A stretch of 64,000 nt of DNA from the human T2T-CHM13v2.0 reference genome, Homo sapiens. Of this stretch, positions 39,181-53,907 are shown one piece after another. Both the position numbers and the translations under genes were made by a program. The stretch is from assembly GCF_009914755.1 (NCBI RefSeq), contig NC_060926.1; one strand, written 5' to 3'. Under the pieces are notes generated by a model. The model saw only the letters and a program-made list of their open reading frames with translations, made no database searches and was not told where the DNA came from. How positions within the stretch are numbered: position 1 is the first letter of the stretch; every line of letters starts with the position of its first letter.

Positions 39181-40072
39181 ATCAGTGACAGCTGTTAAGT
39201 GAATGCTTGCCTGGTTGAAGAGTTGCTAATTTCCCTTTTGGAAAATCACATTCCCTTCGACAGGCTTCACTCATGTCATACATATTTACTGAGCACCTTC
39301 CTTGCAGAAGGCCCCGGGGCTGCAGGTTCTGGAATGGAGTTAGGAAGCCAGAGAAGACAGGTCCTCTGCCCTCCACTATCCCCCTCTTGCACTCCTGAGT
39401 CAGGTAGGAAGAGCTCAGCTCAATCAACAAGTCTTAGAATTTAACAGGAAAATGAGGATCCAGTTAAATTAGCATAAAAGCAAATTAGCAATTACCAAGC
39501 TGTCAAGTCACAGCAGAGGCCCAAGAATTTCAACAATTATCAAGACATCATTTTAAAATATTTAATTCCACTTACATCGTTCCAACTGGGGGATCAGATT
39601 GCTTCTGCTTGGTTAGAGGTGTTCTTTGGGGGAAAACATTAAAAGTGCCAAATGGTGGGGGTTTTTTCCATACAATGAGCAAATACACTGACAGCTGTAC
39701 AGACGTGGTGGAACATACTCTGGTGCAAATGGATTTGGTCCTATTTGCTCACTTACCTGGAAGAAGCAATATTGGTTCTTACTGTGTGACTTGGAGGTTC
39801 TACTGTGTGCATTTGAGATTTAGATGGAATAACAAAGCATTTTTACCTGGCTGTCAAAAGACAATCGGAACTTTAATTAAATATATGAGATTAAAAATCT
39901 ATCACAACTAAACTTCTCAAAGAACTAGTACCATTTACTGTCTGTAGCATTTTATGTCTTAAACATCTCAAAATCTTCCCTTTGCCACACTTAAACTTCT
40001 GAATGAGGACTCCACAGACAGAATGTAACAGGCAACTGATGCCTCTTTGGTGGGCGTTCCCAGGATCGCTCT

Positions 40073-40477
40073 TGATATGGTTCAGATCTCTGTCCCCACT
40101 GAATCTCATGTCGAATTGTAATCCCCAGTGTCGGAGGTGGGCCTGGTGAGAGGAGATTGGATCATGGGGGCAGAGTTCTCATGAATGGTTTAGCGCCATC
40201 TCCTCAGTGCTGTTCGCGTGATTGTGAATGAGACCTGGTTGTTTAAAAGTATGTGATACCTCCTCCCCACTCTGTCTTCCTCCTGCTCCAGCTGTGTGAG
40301 ATGTTCCTGTTTCCCCTTAGCTTTCCACCATGACTGTAAGTTTCCTGAGGCCTCCCCCAGAAGCAGAAGCCACTATGCTTCCTGCACAGTCTGCAGGACC
40401 ATGAATTCTACCTCTTTTCTTAATAAGTTACCCAATTGCAGTATTTCTTTATAGCAATGTGAGAATGGAATAATATA
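40073..40477 (+). mobile_element. MSTA solo LTR
   Basis: tgatatggtt...tgtaatccccagtgtcggaggtgggcctgg...aagtttcctgaggcctcccc; TSD gctct / cctct. Confidence 0.92.
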
Positions 40478-40748
40478 CCTCTCTTGATGGGCATTTTCAG
40501 GATTCCTCTCTAGGTGGGCGTTCCCAGCATTAAATTGGCAAAAAAGCGAATTCTCCGTTCTTGTATTTCCAGGAGCCTTCTCTCTGACTCCAGATCCTAC
40601 CGTGACACTGACACATATATGTGCCAGTGTGCCACCTCCTTCCAGTGCCTGTTCTCTTCTCCCACTGAGAGTGAACAGCAACTTCTCAGTTGAAAGGGTC
40701 TTTTCCAGGCCAACCTAACCCCTGGCATCCCACAAAGATGATCTAGGG

Positions 40749-41275
40749 CAGCAGTCCCCACCATTTTTGGCACCAGGAACTGGTTTCGTGGAAGACAATT
40801 TTTCCATGGACCGGGGATGGGGAGTGGCTTCAGGATGAATCAAACACATTACATGTATTGTGCACTTTATTTCTAGTATTATTACCTAATAATATATAAT
40901 GAAGTAATTACACAACTCACCATAAGGTAGAATCAGAGGGATCCCTGTGTTTGTTTTCCTGCAACTAGACAGTCCCATCTGGGGGTGACAGAAAACAGTG
41001 ACAGATCATCAGGCATTAGATTCTCATTAGGATCTCACAGTCTAGATCCCTCATATGGGCAGTTCACAATAGTGTTCACACTCCTATGAGAATCTAATGC
41101 CACCGCTGATTTGACAGGAGGTGAAGCTCAGGCAATGATTTGAGCAATGGGGAGCAGCTATAAATACAAATGAAGCCTCACTCCCTCACCCGTCACTCAC
41201 CTCCTGCTGTGTGGCCCAGTTCCTAACAGGCCACAGACCAGGACCGTTCTGTGGCTCAGGGGTTGGGAGCCTCTG
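40749..41275 (+). mobile_element. MER1A hAT-Charlie DNA transposon, full length
   Basis: tttttggcaccaggaactggtttcgtggaagacaattttt start, ggggttgggagcctctg end; 8-bp TSD atctaggg / atctagaa. Confidence 0.92.
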
Positions 41276-41544
41276 ATCTAGAAGACAGCAATGGTCAGCG
41301 TCTTCCAGGAGCATCTGTAGCCGAGGCCTACAAGAAGCTCACAGTCCAGCATCACAAATGGGTCAAGTGAACAACCACAATCGCCTTGCAGCCAACAGTA
41401 GGCCAAGTTACAGATAAGTCTTATCAAATAGACATTATCTTCTGCACTTTATAGGCGAGGAAACTGAGGAACACGATGTTTAAGTAACTTGAGCAAGTGG
41501 TAGAAGCAGTACTCAAACATAATGATTGCAGTTCTACGAAAAGC

Positions 41545-42025
41545 TCAGATGAAAAAGCTAATCCCAAAAGGTCACACACTGTCTGACTCCATTATATAAC
41601 ATCCTTGAAACAACAAAACTATAGAATGAAAAACATATTGGTGATCACCACGGGTTAGGGAAGGGAGGCTGCGGGGAGGCGGCCATGGTTGTAAAAGGGC
41701 AACAGGAGGGATCCTTGCGGAGATGTAACTGTTCTGTGCTTGATTGTTGTGGGGGAGATGTGAACCTACCCATGTCCTTAAGGCTGCACAGAACTACATA
41801 AACACACACACTAATGGGTGCAAGGAAAAATGAGGAATCGGAATAAGCTGGGTGTATGGGTGTATTGTACCAATGTCAATATCCTGGTTGGGATACTGTG
41901 CCATAGTTCTGTAAGATGTCATTATCAGTGGGAAATGGATAAAAGGAACATTGGAGCTCTCTGTGTTATTTCTTGGAATGGCTTGTAAGCCTACAATTAT
42001 CTCAAAACAAAGCTTTTAACTAAAA
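41545..42025 (+). mobile_element. L1MD-type 3' end
   Basis: aatcccaaaaggtcacac, aaaagggcaacaggagggatccttg, caatgtcaatatcctggttg, ctacaattatctcaaaa. Confidence 0.85.
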
Positions 42026-42147
42026 GATACAGTATTCATAAAATATGTGTGTGATAAAACTTATCAAATTTAGCATTTATCTAAAGAGACATTGAATATG
42101 CTGTGATATGCAGAATTTGTTAGTGTTGTTTCAACTTATTTGGTAAC

Positions 42148-42436
42148 TTTTTTTGGACACGGTGTCTGGCTGTCACCCAGGCTGGAGTGCAGTGGCAGGC
42201 TCAAGGCTCACTGCAGCCTCAGACCTCCTGGGCTCAAGTGATCCTCCCACCTCAGCCTCCTCAGTAGCTGGGAATACAGGCATGCACGACCACATCCAGC
42301 TAATTTTTGCATTTTTTGTAGAGACAGGGTGCCACCATGTTGCCCAGGCTGGTCTCAAACTCCTGGGCTCAAGCAATCCTCTGGCCTCGGCCTCCCAAAA
42401 TGCTGGGATTACAGTTGTGAGTCACTGTGCCTGGCC
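42148..42436 (-). mobile_element. AluJ
   Basis: cagcctcagacctcctgggctcaagtgatcctcc J diagnostics. Confidence 0.95.
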
Positions 42437-42922
42437 AACAACTTTTATAAGTTGTATTTTAAGGTTTTGTACATTCTGTGAACTTAAAGTAAAAAGTGAA
42501 AATGATTATAAAGTTAAATCAATTTTAGCCTTGAAAACAAAGTGCTCAGAAACTCTGAGGGAGAATTCCCTTCTTGCTGGCAGATTAAGACAGGCAATAT
42601 GATGGGAGTGATGTTTGCACTTGGTCTGGAAGCATGAGCTCTGTTTTGACAGATAAGGTGGAAAAGAGGAGTGTTCCATATTGAAAGAAAAGTGGACGCA
42701 AAGCTCAGAGTCAGCTGAGCACAGGACAAATCCAATTTGTGCTTTCAGTAGCTATTCTAGTCCTATTCAGACTGGTGTCACGGTACTGATCCAAACTTAA
42801 TCTTAAATTGTGCTCTTTTTTAAAGATTTTTTTTATGTTTTTAAAAAGTTTTTTGAGTTTTAGGGTAAAACTACATTCAGTTTTTTTATTTGGTTTCTCT
42901 TTAGTTTAAAAATTTGCTTTAA

Positions 42923-43403
<481 letters not shown>

Positions 43404-43547
43404 TTATCTTTTTACTTTAATTATACATATTCGTATATATGTATGTATGCATATGTATATACACGTGTGCGTGTGTGTATATATATATCTTCACGCTGTT
43501 GTTCCCTCAATGCCCTGCTCTCAGCTAGGTGCTCAGGAAGTTTGCTT

Positions 43548-44070
43548 GTGGTGGTGGATAGAAATGGACTTGACAACTGGGAGGCCTGACTGCGTACAAT
43601 CTACTATCCCACCATTCACTAACTAGATGACATTGAGCAAACATCTGAACACCAATTTCTCCCCTTGTAAAACTGGGGGTGATGATACCTACTTTGCAGG
43701 GCTGTTATAAACATCAAGCAGCATAGTATACACCCAAGTGCTTTGCAAATTGTAAAGTGCTAAAGAGATATGAATTGCTAATACGAATAAACTAATTCAT
43801 ACTGAGGTGTACATTACTGATAATGGCTCCATGTTCTGCTCTTTGATGATGATTGCTGTGGGGGATGTCACAGTATGGTAGCCAAGAGCAGAGGCGTGGA
43901 GAAAGGCAGACCTGACCAGATTCTAGAGCTGCCACTGACTTAGAAGGATCTCATCACCTTGGATGAACTATTTTGCTTTTTGAGTTCCGGTTTCCTCATC
44001 TGTGAATGGGGATATGAGAACCTCAGAGTTGTTGTAAAAATTAACTAAAACAAACAAGATGCACTAAATT
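43548..44070 (+). mobile_element. Two MIR-family SINEs (43548-43780 and 43870-44070)
   Basis: tgtaaaactggggg...tacctactttgcagggctgtt...aaagtgct; gtttcctcatctgtgaatgggga. Confidence 0.75.
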
Positions 44071-44466
44071 AAATCACATAATTTACATACTGGATAAAAT
44101 ATATGTTGTCCATTATTTTTATATTCACATTTAAATGAGGGGCGGGCTGCAAACCAAGAAGTGACCTTTGCAGGAGTGGAATGGGCAGAGATTAGAGACG
44201 GCACCTGGGGACAAGAAGCCAGTGTCATCAAGTGATTGCAGCATCCCCTGTATCGAGTCACCTGGAATGCCTAAGACTGCGCCCTCCCGGGCACCCTAAG
44301 TAGAAGGCAACTGAAGCCCAGCAGCAGAGGCCACGGCAGCCTCACTCCCCCACTTCCCTCCCACCCATTCCCTCCCTCTCATTATTTTTATATCAGCGAG
44401 TTTTACTAGGTTTCTACCTCAATGGTATTCTATTCTGTCAGTACAGTCCAGATGTATAAATGGACT

Positions 44467-44648
44467 CTGTGTGTGTGTGTGCTTGTGTGTGTATCTGTGC
44501 ATGTGTGTGTGCACGTCTATGTGTGTATGGTGTGTGTGTGCACGCACGTGTGTGTGTGCGCGCACCCACGTGTGTGCATGTGTGTGTGCCTACATATGCA
44601 TGTGTGTGCACACTCATATGTGTGTGTGTGTGCGTGTGTGTGTGTGTG
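44467..44648. repeat. Long degenerate (TG)n purine-pyrimidine tract
   Basis: ~180 bp of alternating TG/CA/CG. Confidence 0.95.
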
Positions 44649-45194
44649 CTGGTGGCGAGGGAGTGCTTGAGTCTTCTCCTATTTTTGGTTTTTCTCATTC
44701 TATCTTGCAGGATCTTAAACCTTCCCCTTTTACTTCTTCTCCCCTTCATCATCTGATTTCAAAAGAACACTCTTCCTTCACATTTGCTTTTTTCTCCCCA
44801 GAAGCTGTGCATTTTGAAAACCATTCCTTCAAGCTGCACAGAAGTGTCAGTCCCTTGCTTGCAGTCCGCGCTGTGATCTACCCAGATACATTTTTAGTAC
44901 TTTCAGATGGAGGGTCGACATCATCTTTATGGTGGTGGTTTTAGATCAACCTTGGGACCCTTCGTTAAACTCCCCTCTTCTCTCTTCCTTCAAGTTTCCC
45001 TTGGTCTGCCTTTGCTTGCTACAAAGCCTGTGGTGGGGTGAAGGTAGGCCAGGAGCATGAGCAATTGTGTGCTTGTGTGCTTGGACTTGGTGATTTTTCC
45101 CCCTTTTAACTTACAGTTATTTTGAAGCAGGGGCACTCTCTGACTTCAAATTTTTCTGAGGGTTGATGTAGGCACAGATTTTTCCAGAGCACTG

Positions 45195-45410
45195 AATGTG
45201 AAGAAAAACATCCTAAATCCATTTGATGAAGCGTTGATATTACATTGATAACTCAGCCTAATAAAGATGGTGCAGATATACACACTAACACCACTCATGA
45301 ACATCAGTGCAGAAGATGCTAAGCAAAACGTTAGCCAGCGGAATCCAGTACCACGTTCAGAAAGTACTTAAGAAATGAACAAGTGGACTTCATTCCTCCA
45401 ATGCAATATT
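45195..45410 (+). mobile_element. Ancient L1 ORF2 fragment
   Basis: ctcatgaacatcagtgcagaagatgctaagcaaaacgttagccagcggaatccag corresponds to L1 LMNIDAKILNKILANRIQ. Confidence 0.7.
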
Positions 45411-46747
45411 TATAACATGTGGGTCTACACCTGTTGACTACAGGGCTCGAAACTTACGGCATTCGCCAAAGCATTGTGAAAACAGGGGAATATCAGTTGC
45501 TGAATAAATGGATGACTAAGAATCACACACCTAAAATCCCAGCTAGATATGATGCGAAAATTTTAGAAGGAGCGGATATGCGTTAACATTTATTCATTGG
45601 ATGGGGTTAAAACACCCTCACAGTTGAGAGTGCATTTAAGGCACGGCTTTGCCCCTTGCTGAACAGCTACGCACGCCTTTGTCCTCACTAGGAAGCCCTG
45701 CTTCCTCCTCTGAATTGTACCATGTGTAGAGGAGATGTTGTTATTGGTGCTGACGCTGCTGTCGTTTTCCCACAAGGGCAGGGTCCAGTCATCCTGCAGA
45801 GCATCCAACAGCTGCTTTCCCCAGGCTCTGGCCTTCCACAATCTGCACTGAACAGCACCTCAGTCTGAGGACTGAGCCATGCTACCGGGTTGGTGTAGTC
45901 CACCCACAATTTCTCCCTACCACCCTCTCACGTCTTATCCCAGTTTCAGAAGAAAATAGGGCACTAGGAGGCGATAGAAAAAGGATAGAGGCTTCCATCC
46001 TAAGCCCAGGTGTATCACACAGTAGGTGTGAGGCTTAAGACAGCCAAGTCATGTCCTCCTACCCCTGTTTCCTTCTGTGTCAAATGGGTCTTCACCTTGC
46101 AGAGGGCTGTCACAAGGATGCAATGATCTAGTGCTTTGAAAGGAAGAAAGGCCGAAGAAATGCACAGCTGCATGTTCCCCATTGAGCAGGGAAAGAACCA
46201 GCAGAGTCTCTAGTATGCACAGATAGCTTTGTCCATGAAGTCTGTTGATGATTATAATGAAAACAAATACATCCTAATTCTTCTCCCAAAACCTAAATTC
46301 ATAATTGATCAGTAATTGCTTCACCCAGGAAGCTCCAACTGCTTCCATTCAACCAAATAAAATGAATGTTTCATTTCACTCATCCTTTTCAAACACAGAA
46401 TTCCTGTGAACAATTACAGGAAGAAACCCTGTGACAGAGGCATTTCTCCTGTGACTAATCCTGTGGAATACCTGTCTATCTCCTCCTTGGCTTCCAGAAC
46501 AATCTTCCCACTGAGAGAACAAAGCCAACTGGCACGCTCCTCCCCACGCAGAGAATACATGGGCTCGTTCTGGAAGCTTGAACACCCACCATCTCCCCAA
46601 CAAACAAAAGCCTGACATTTGCGCAGGCGCTTTTTTTAAGGTCAGAATACTGAGTAAAGATTGAAGAAGTTTGAATTTAAAATACACAAATCCCTGGTAT
46701 TTTAGACCATGATCTCTGTCTCAGACCACAAATGCACATTCAGGTCC

Positions 46748-46751
46748 ACAG

Positions 46752-46795
<44 letters not shown>

Positions 46796-46818
46796 GTATA
46801 TATACCTGCATACATATA

Positions 46819-46851
<33 letters not shown>

Positions 46852-46869
46852 ATATATATGTGTGTCTGT
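46748..46869. repeat. Opposed (CA)n and (TG)n microsatellites with a TA-rich centre
   Basis: Seen directly. Confidence 0.95.
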
Positions 46870-46971
46870 AATTTGGTGAGGGTTCTCTTTACCCACAAAA
46901 ATCCCTGTTGAAAGACAAGCCTATCTGTGTCTTGCGGTTGACTAGATTACAACAAAATCTCTTTATTTATT

Positions 46972-47216
46972 GGCCGGGTGCGGTGGCTTATGCCCGTAAT
47001 CCCAGCCATTTGGGAGGCCAAGGCAGGTGGATTACCTGAGGTCAGGAGTTCGAGACCAGCCTTACCAACAAAGCGAAACCCCTTCTCTACTAAAAATACA
47101 AAATTAGCCAGGCGTGGTGGTGCGTGCCTGTAATCCCAGCTACTCAGGAGGCTGAGGTAAGAGAATCATTGAACCCAGGAGGCAGAGGTTGCAGTGAGCC
47201 AAGATTGCACCATTGC
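46972..47216 (+). mobile_element. AluSp-like, 3'-truncated (no tail)
   Basis: acctgaggtcaggag, accaac, caaaattagcc, ccattgc; ends abruptly. Confidence 0.92.
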
Positions 47217-48353
47217 TGAGAGCCTCATGAAGAACACGTGGACGGGGTGGCCGTCCGCAGGAGCCTGACGGTCTTAGGCATTAATCAGATGCAGAATCAC
47301 AAGACACTGTTGCAAATTGCAATGAAAGCAGCAAAGGAAAAGACCAGGTCTGGCTCTGTTCTGGGGTGAGGGTGGCAAGAAAGGCTCCACAACCCCCAGC
47401 CCTAGACCTTGCATGTAGTCAGCACTCAGTACATATTGACCGGATGGACATTTGATGAGCCCTGGAAGATGAGTGGGAGTTAACGGGGCCGGGGTGGTCC
47501 AGGAGGAGGCCACAGCTCATGCAAATGTCCTGAGGCAGGAGGAGAGTGGCCATTTAGAGCCAAGGAAGAAAGGTCACCGTGGCAGGTGAGTGGAGAGCAC
47601 AGGGCAGACAGTGGAGGAGATGAGGGGAGGAGGTCGTCAGGGGCCACAAAACTCTTTTCTCGGTCCCAGAACAAAGAATTGATTGTGAGTCCTTCCCACT
47701 CACCTCACTGAGATCAGTTCCACTTACCCAAGTTTCACTCTGAAGGTACTAGCGCTAGACGCCAGCAGGGATCAAGGAGACCAGGCCTGCCCTAAGGGTT
47801 TTGCTTTCTTCAAAATGTACAGCAAGTAGAAAGCATACACTACTGCAAGGGCCCTGGGCACACTATTTGCACAGATGAACAATACCTGTGGGGATAATAC
47901 TGATGGTTTGAGCACTACTTTGTACACACCTGCCATTATTTATGTGGTAACGTCCTTGACAAAATGATATGTTCCTATGACACCTCTCAGCCAGTGGAGT
48001 TTCTCAGGCTAGCACTATGCCCAAATCCCCAGAAAGACATGACACAGATTAAAATCCCAGCAGAAGAATCTCCTTAGGGCCTAACACTGATCCAAACATT
48101 CTAGGCCAGTCACCTCCATTGGCACAGAAATACACAGAGGGAAAAACCTTGAGTCCCCTGCTGCAGAGGGGGCAGGCTGTGCTGTCGGGGGAGGCAGGTG
48201 ATCCAGGGCACACATATGGGGTGAAGGGTTCTAGAATCACCCACCGGAAAAGCCAGAAGGGGACCCCAGAGACAGTGTTCCTCAAAGCCTGTCTTTCTAC
48301 AAATGAGAAGACTGAGGCCAGAGAGGGCACTGTGGCGTTCACAAGCTCGCTCA

Positions 48354-48722
<369 letters not shown>

Positions 48723-48904
48723 CTATACCACCACACTAGCTCCCGGTATGAAGACTGTCTGTTTGTACAAAGACAATATATATCAGGCTAGAGAATAAGA
48801 TATCTGAGCTGACCTCTCTCACTTTTAACCTTATGACTTTACAATAAGCATAAAGATCCAGGAAGAAGGGAGATGTGGAGGGATTAGGAAAAGGTCATTT
48901 TTTT

Positions 48905-49620
<716 letters not shown>

Positions 49621-49681
49621 CCGCCTGCCTGCTGAGGCTCCACGCACCTCTCCTTGCCTCTTTGCGCCATTTCATCTGTAG

Positions 49682-49754
49682 TCACTCTAAGCGAGGAGTT
49701 TGGATGCCAACAGCACAGTCGTCACGAAGGAGGTCTGCTGCAACGAGACAGTAG
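49682..49754 (+). other. Candidate 73-nt internal exon of an unknown transcript
   Basis: Pyrimidine tract ctctccttgcctctttgcgccatttcatctgtAG and donor tag/GTATGT. Confidence 0.3.
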
Positions 49755-51786
49755 GTATGTCCTGTGGAGTGGATTATAATGGACTCAAATGCCATTTCAT
49801 TTTGCTCCGTGGAAAAGTCATATTCAGAACTCGCATCTTCCTCCCCTCCAGGGGCCTCTGCTGTTCAGATTCACATGACCAATAAGCACTCCTACAACTT
49901 TGTCAGATAATAGAAATGAAAATGAGAACAAGAAAGATTTCTGTGCTGTTTGTCCTTAATATCCTGAGGCAAGGCTTGGATTTATTTATTTGGAACAATA
50001 CTGTGGCTTGCAAAGCCTCATTAAAGCTCCCCGTGCTATAAAACCATCAAATACCTGCAGGTCTTAAAAACAAAATCCATGGAAGGAACTGAGTTTCTTT
50101 GTTAGTCCATAGCTAGAAAAAACACAACTACAAACAAAAATTAATGGACATCTCTAATGTTAATGCATCAGATGGTTTCATTATCTGTGCTATAACATAA
50201 GATTCTGTTACACAGACTTTGCAAAAACAGTGACAGCTGCTCACTTTGTAAGAGTATTCACTTCGTAAGAGTATTTTTGTACGTGAGAAAATACGCATTA
50301 CTCAAGGACACTCCGACCTCCCCTCTTATTTATAGTGTTGCTTTTAGTCTGCTGATGACAATGCTTCATGCTTCTCATCCCCTCCGTGGTGATGTTCACA
50401 AGGGCCTGGGCAGGGACCCCATGAGCAGATCGCCTCTCAGCCTCCCCTAACCCTCCACCCCACCCACACACCTGGCTGCCAAGAATCAGATGCGGTTTCT
50501 CTGAACATGGTATATTTTTTCACACCTCCATTCCTCTGCACAAGATTTTGCCTGTGTCTAAAATACCCAACCTGCCACCACTTCCTTCTTTGCCTGGCTC
50601 CTTCAGATCTTGTTTCCCATCTAGTAGGAGCATGTCTCTGAGTCCAAGCCCTGTGGCATTGCTGGTGACCTTGTGCCGGAGCCCTTGGTGAGACTTCTCT
50701 GCCCTGAGTGGCCCCTCATGGCATCTACTGCTTTGCTAAGTCAGCACTGCCATTGGGCGCTGCCCCAAGCCCCAGCCTTAGTGACCTTCCTGCCCTGACC
50801 TTCCTGGTCACTCCCCTCCCCATTGGCAGAGGCCAAGGAGTTGTGCCAACCTGGGGCCCACGCCCCTGCCCATCTGGACCATGCTCCAGTGGCCCAGCAT
50901 CCCAGAATTGCTGCCCAAAAGGCCCCAAGTGTGCCTCAGGCCTGCATGGGCCTCCTCCCAGGCCCAGCCTCCCAGAGGGGCACACGTGGGTGTGCGCACC
51001 CCCAGGCCTAAGGAGCAGCTGAAGGCGGCTCCTTGTGGGGCTGTGGCTGCCGGCAGTGTCTCATGCCATAGAGAGAGAAATGAACCTTGGGGCAGGGGCA
51101 GTCCCGGGCCCGCAGCCACCATACAGCCACCTTTCCATAGGAAATCTGAGGAGCCCAAGGATTCTAAATTCAAACCTCACCTTCCTGGCACATATCTCAA
51201 GGTGGAAGAATGAGGCCTGTTTCACTGAACAGCGTACAAGGCCAGTGGATAATCTTTAGATATTCAGACGTGGATGTGGGCCCCCATGTGTGCCCTCGCC
51301 CCGGCCCTGCAAATGTCAGGGGCAGCTCTGGTGTGACCGTTCCTCCTTGGGAGGCTGGATTTGAACTTTGATTCCTGTGAGTGCTCTTGGTGTGGGGCCA
51401 CCCACCAGACTTTGAGGAATTGGCTGAAGTCAGTTACCTTGCGGGGAATGTTCAGAGCAGATAGCTTCACCCCAGGGCACCAAAACTCCTTGGGGGGCCT
51501 TTCCTTGAGAACTTTCTACAGTGTTGACAAAATACCACATAAAACAGTGTGAGTTCCAACCAGGCTGGTGATTAAGGTAAATTGCGTCTGTTTGCAAATT
51601 ACATTCTGACAATGCTGTTTCATTTCTCAAGGTTATAAGATGAAATTCATCCTGAGATGATAAATTCACAGGAGTACTTCCTTGCAGTACTCTATGGTGC
51701 GATGCAATCAGCCATCTTTGCTGACACTGACCTGGCAGCTGTACCCAGTTAGAGACCCATCTGGTGGTCACAGTGTTGCAGCTTCA

Positions 51787-52535
<749 letters not shown>

Positions 52536-53907
52536 CCGGCAAATGGCATGCTTGAGGAATTGCTCTCAATGCTGGCAAAAAGGCTTGTGGCTTAGCTTCC
52601 TCTTCAAAGCCATCAGTTTGTCAGGATAATTCCAAGTGGCTGTGCATTTTCCACATTTAAGAAGAGGTCTGGCAATAGCACTTAGACACTCAGGTACCTC
52701 CATCAATGACGGAATCAGGGCTGGCAAAGAGAAACTGTGGCATTTCTAAAGACTGGTTTCTGAAGCGATAATAGACCATTATTAGAGGGGAAAAAACTCT
52801 CATTCCATTAACAACACTGTTTAATGCAAGAGCATAAAAAAGCTTTTAAAGCTTCAAGAGCAAACGCACAAATTTTCTCTCTGTCTAAAAAAATATAGTC
52901 TTCAAACAATGCTCAGCCCTTAGAACAGTTCCCAAATGATGTTTTTTGTCATTAATTCTGCAGACATAAGTGCATCAGCTTGTTTTCCATAGTTCCTTCA
53001 GGAAAACTGGTACACGAACGCCGTCTGTTCAAAGATAACTTTAGGAATAAAATCTGCTTTTAGGGACTGCTATAATCCACCCTCCAAATGGCCTCTTCTT
53101 TCTGGTGGAAAGAACTCAAGAGTCACCCAACTTCCTTCTGGTCTCTGCATCTTCTGCTGTCCCCCACCCTTCCCTGGCCCTTACCCCCTGCGAGTCTCAT
53201 AGCTCGGATGCCAAGCACAGAGCACCTGTCTTTCCATTCTGATTGTAAATTAACTTTTTTCTTGGATCTCTCTCCTTCCTAGGTACCCTGATATCCTGGG
53301 CACCCCAATATTTCTGTGGAGCAAAGGGAAGGGTCGCCATTATTACATTTCAGCTCTCATCCTAAGATATTTTTGGGTTTCTCAGTTCTCTCTCCTCCCA
53401 AAAGCAACCAGTGTCATGTTTTTCTTGAGAGTCTCCGCATGGATACACATATCTGCATAGATAAACACTTTCTATACACACGTTTACAAACTATGTAACT
53501 AGCTTCACATTATGCTTCTAATTTTTTACATATATATTTAAAGGGTGTTGATTTGTATATATTAATGTTTTTACACAGCCACCTTGGTAAATTACCTGAT
53601 GTTTATATAGATTGTCCTGTTGGTTCTTTTATAACATCTGATAGTAATAATGTTACCTTCTCCTTTCTAATTTGTTTGCCTCATTTCTCTTTCTCAGCTA
53701 ATTGACATTAGATATTTAACAATGCTAAATAATAGTGTGACAGAGAGAACATTCATAAAAATTAACCATATCTTAAGCCACAAAGCAAACCTTAGTAAAT
53801 TTTTAAGAGTGGAAATTGTACAAACAACATCCTCTGACCATAGGCAATAAAAGTAGTAACTTGAGTAACGCACATCCCTAAGTTTACACTTAAACTTAAT
53901 CAATGTC

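Noticed and set aside
50708-51259. Overlapping Pro/Gly-rich ORFs on both strands
   Set aside because: Stop-poor GC-rich sequence with few CpGs and no recognisable homology.
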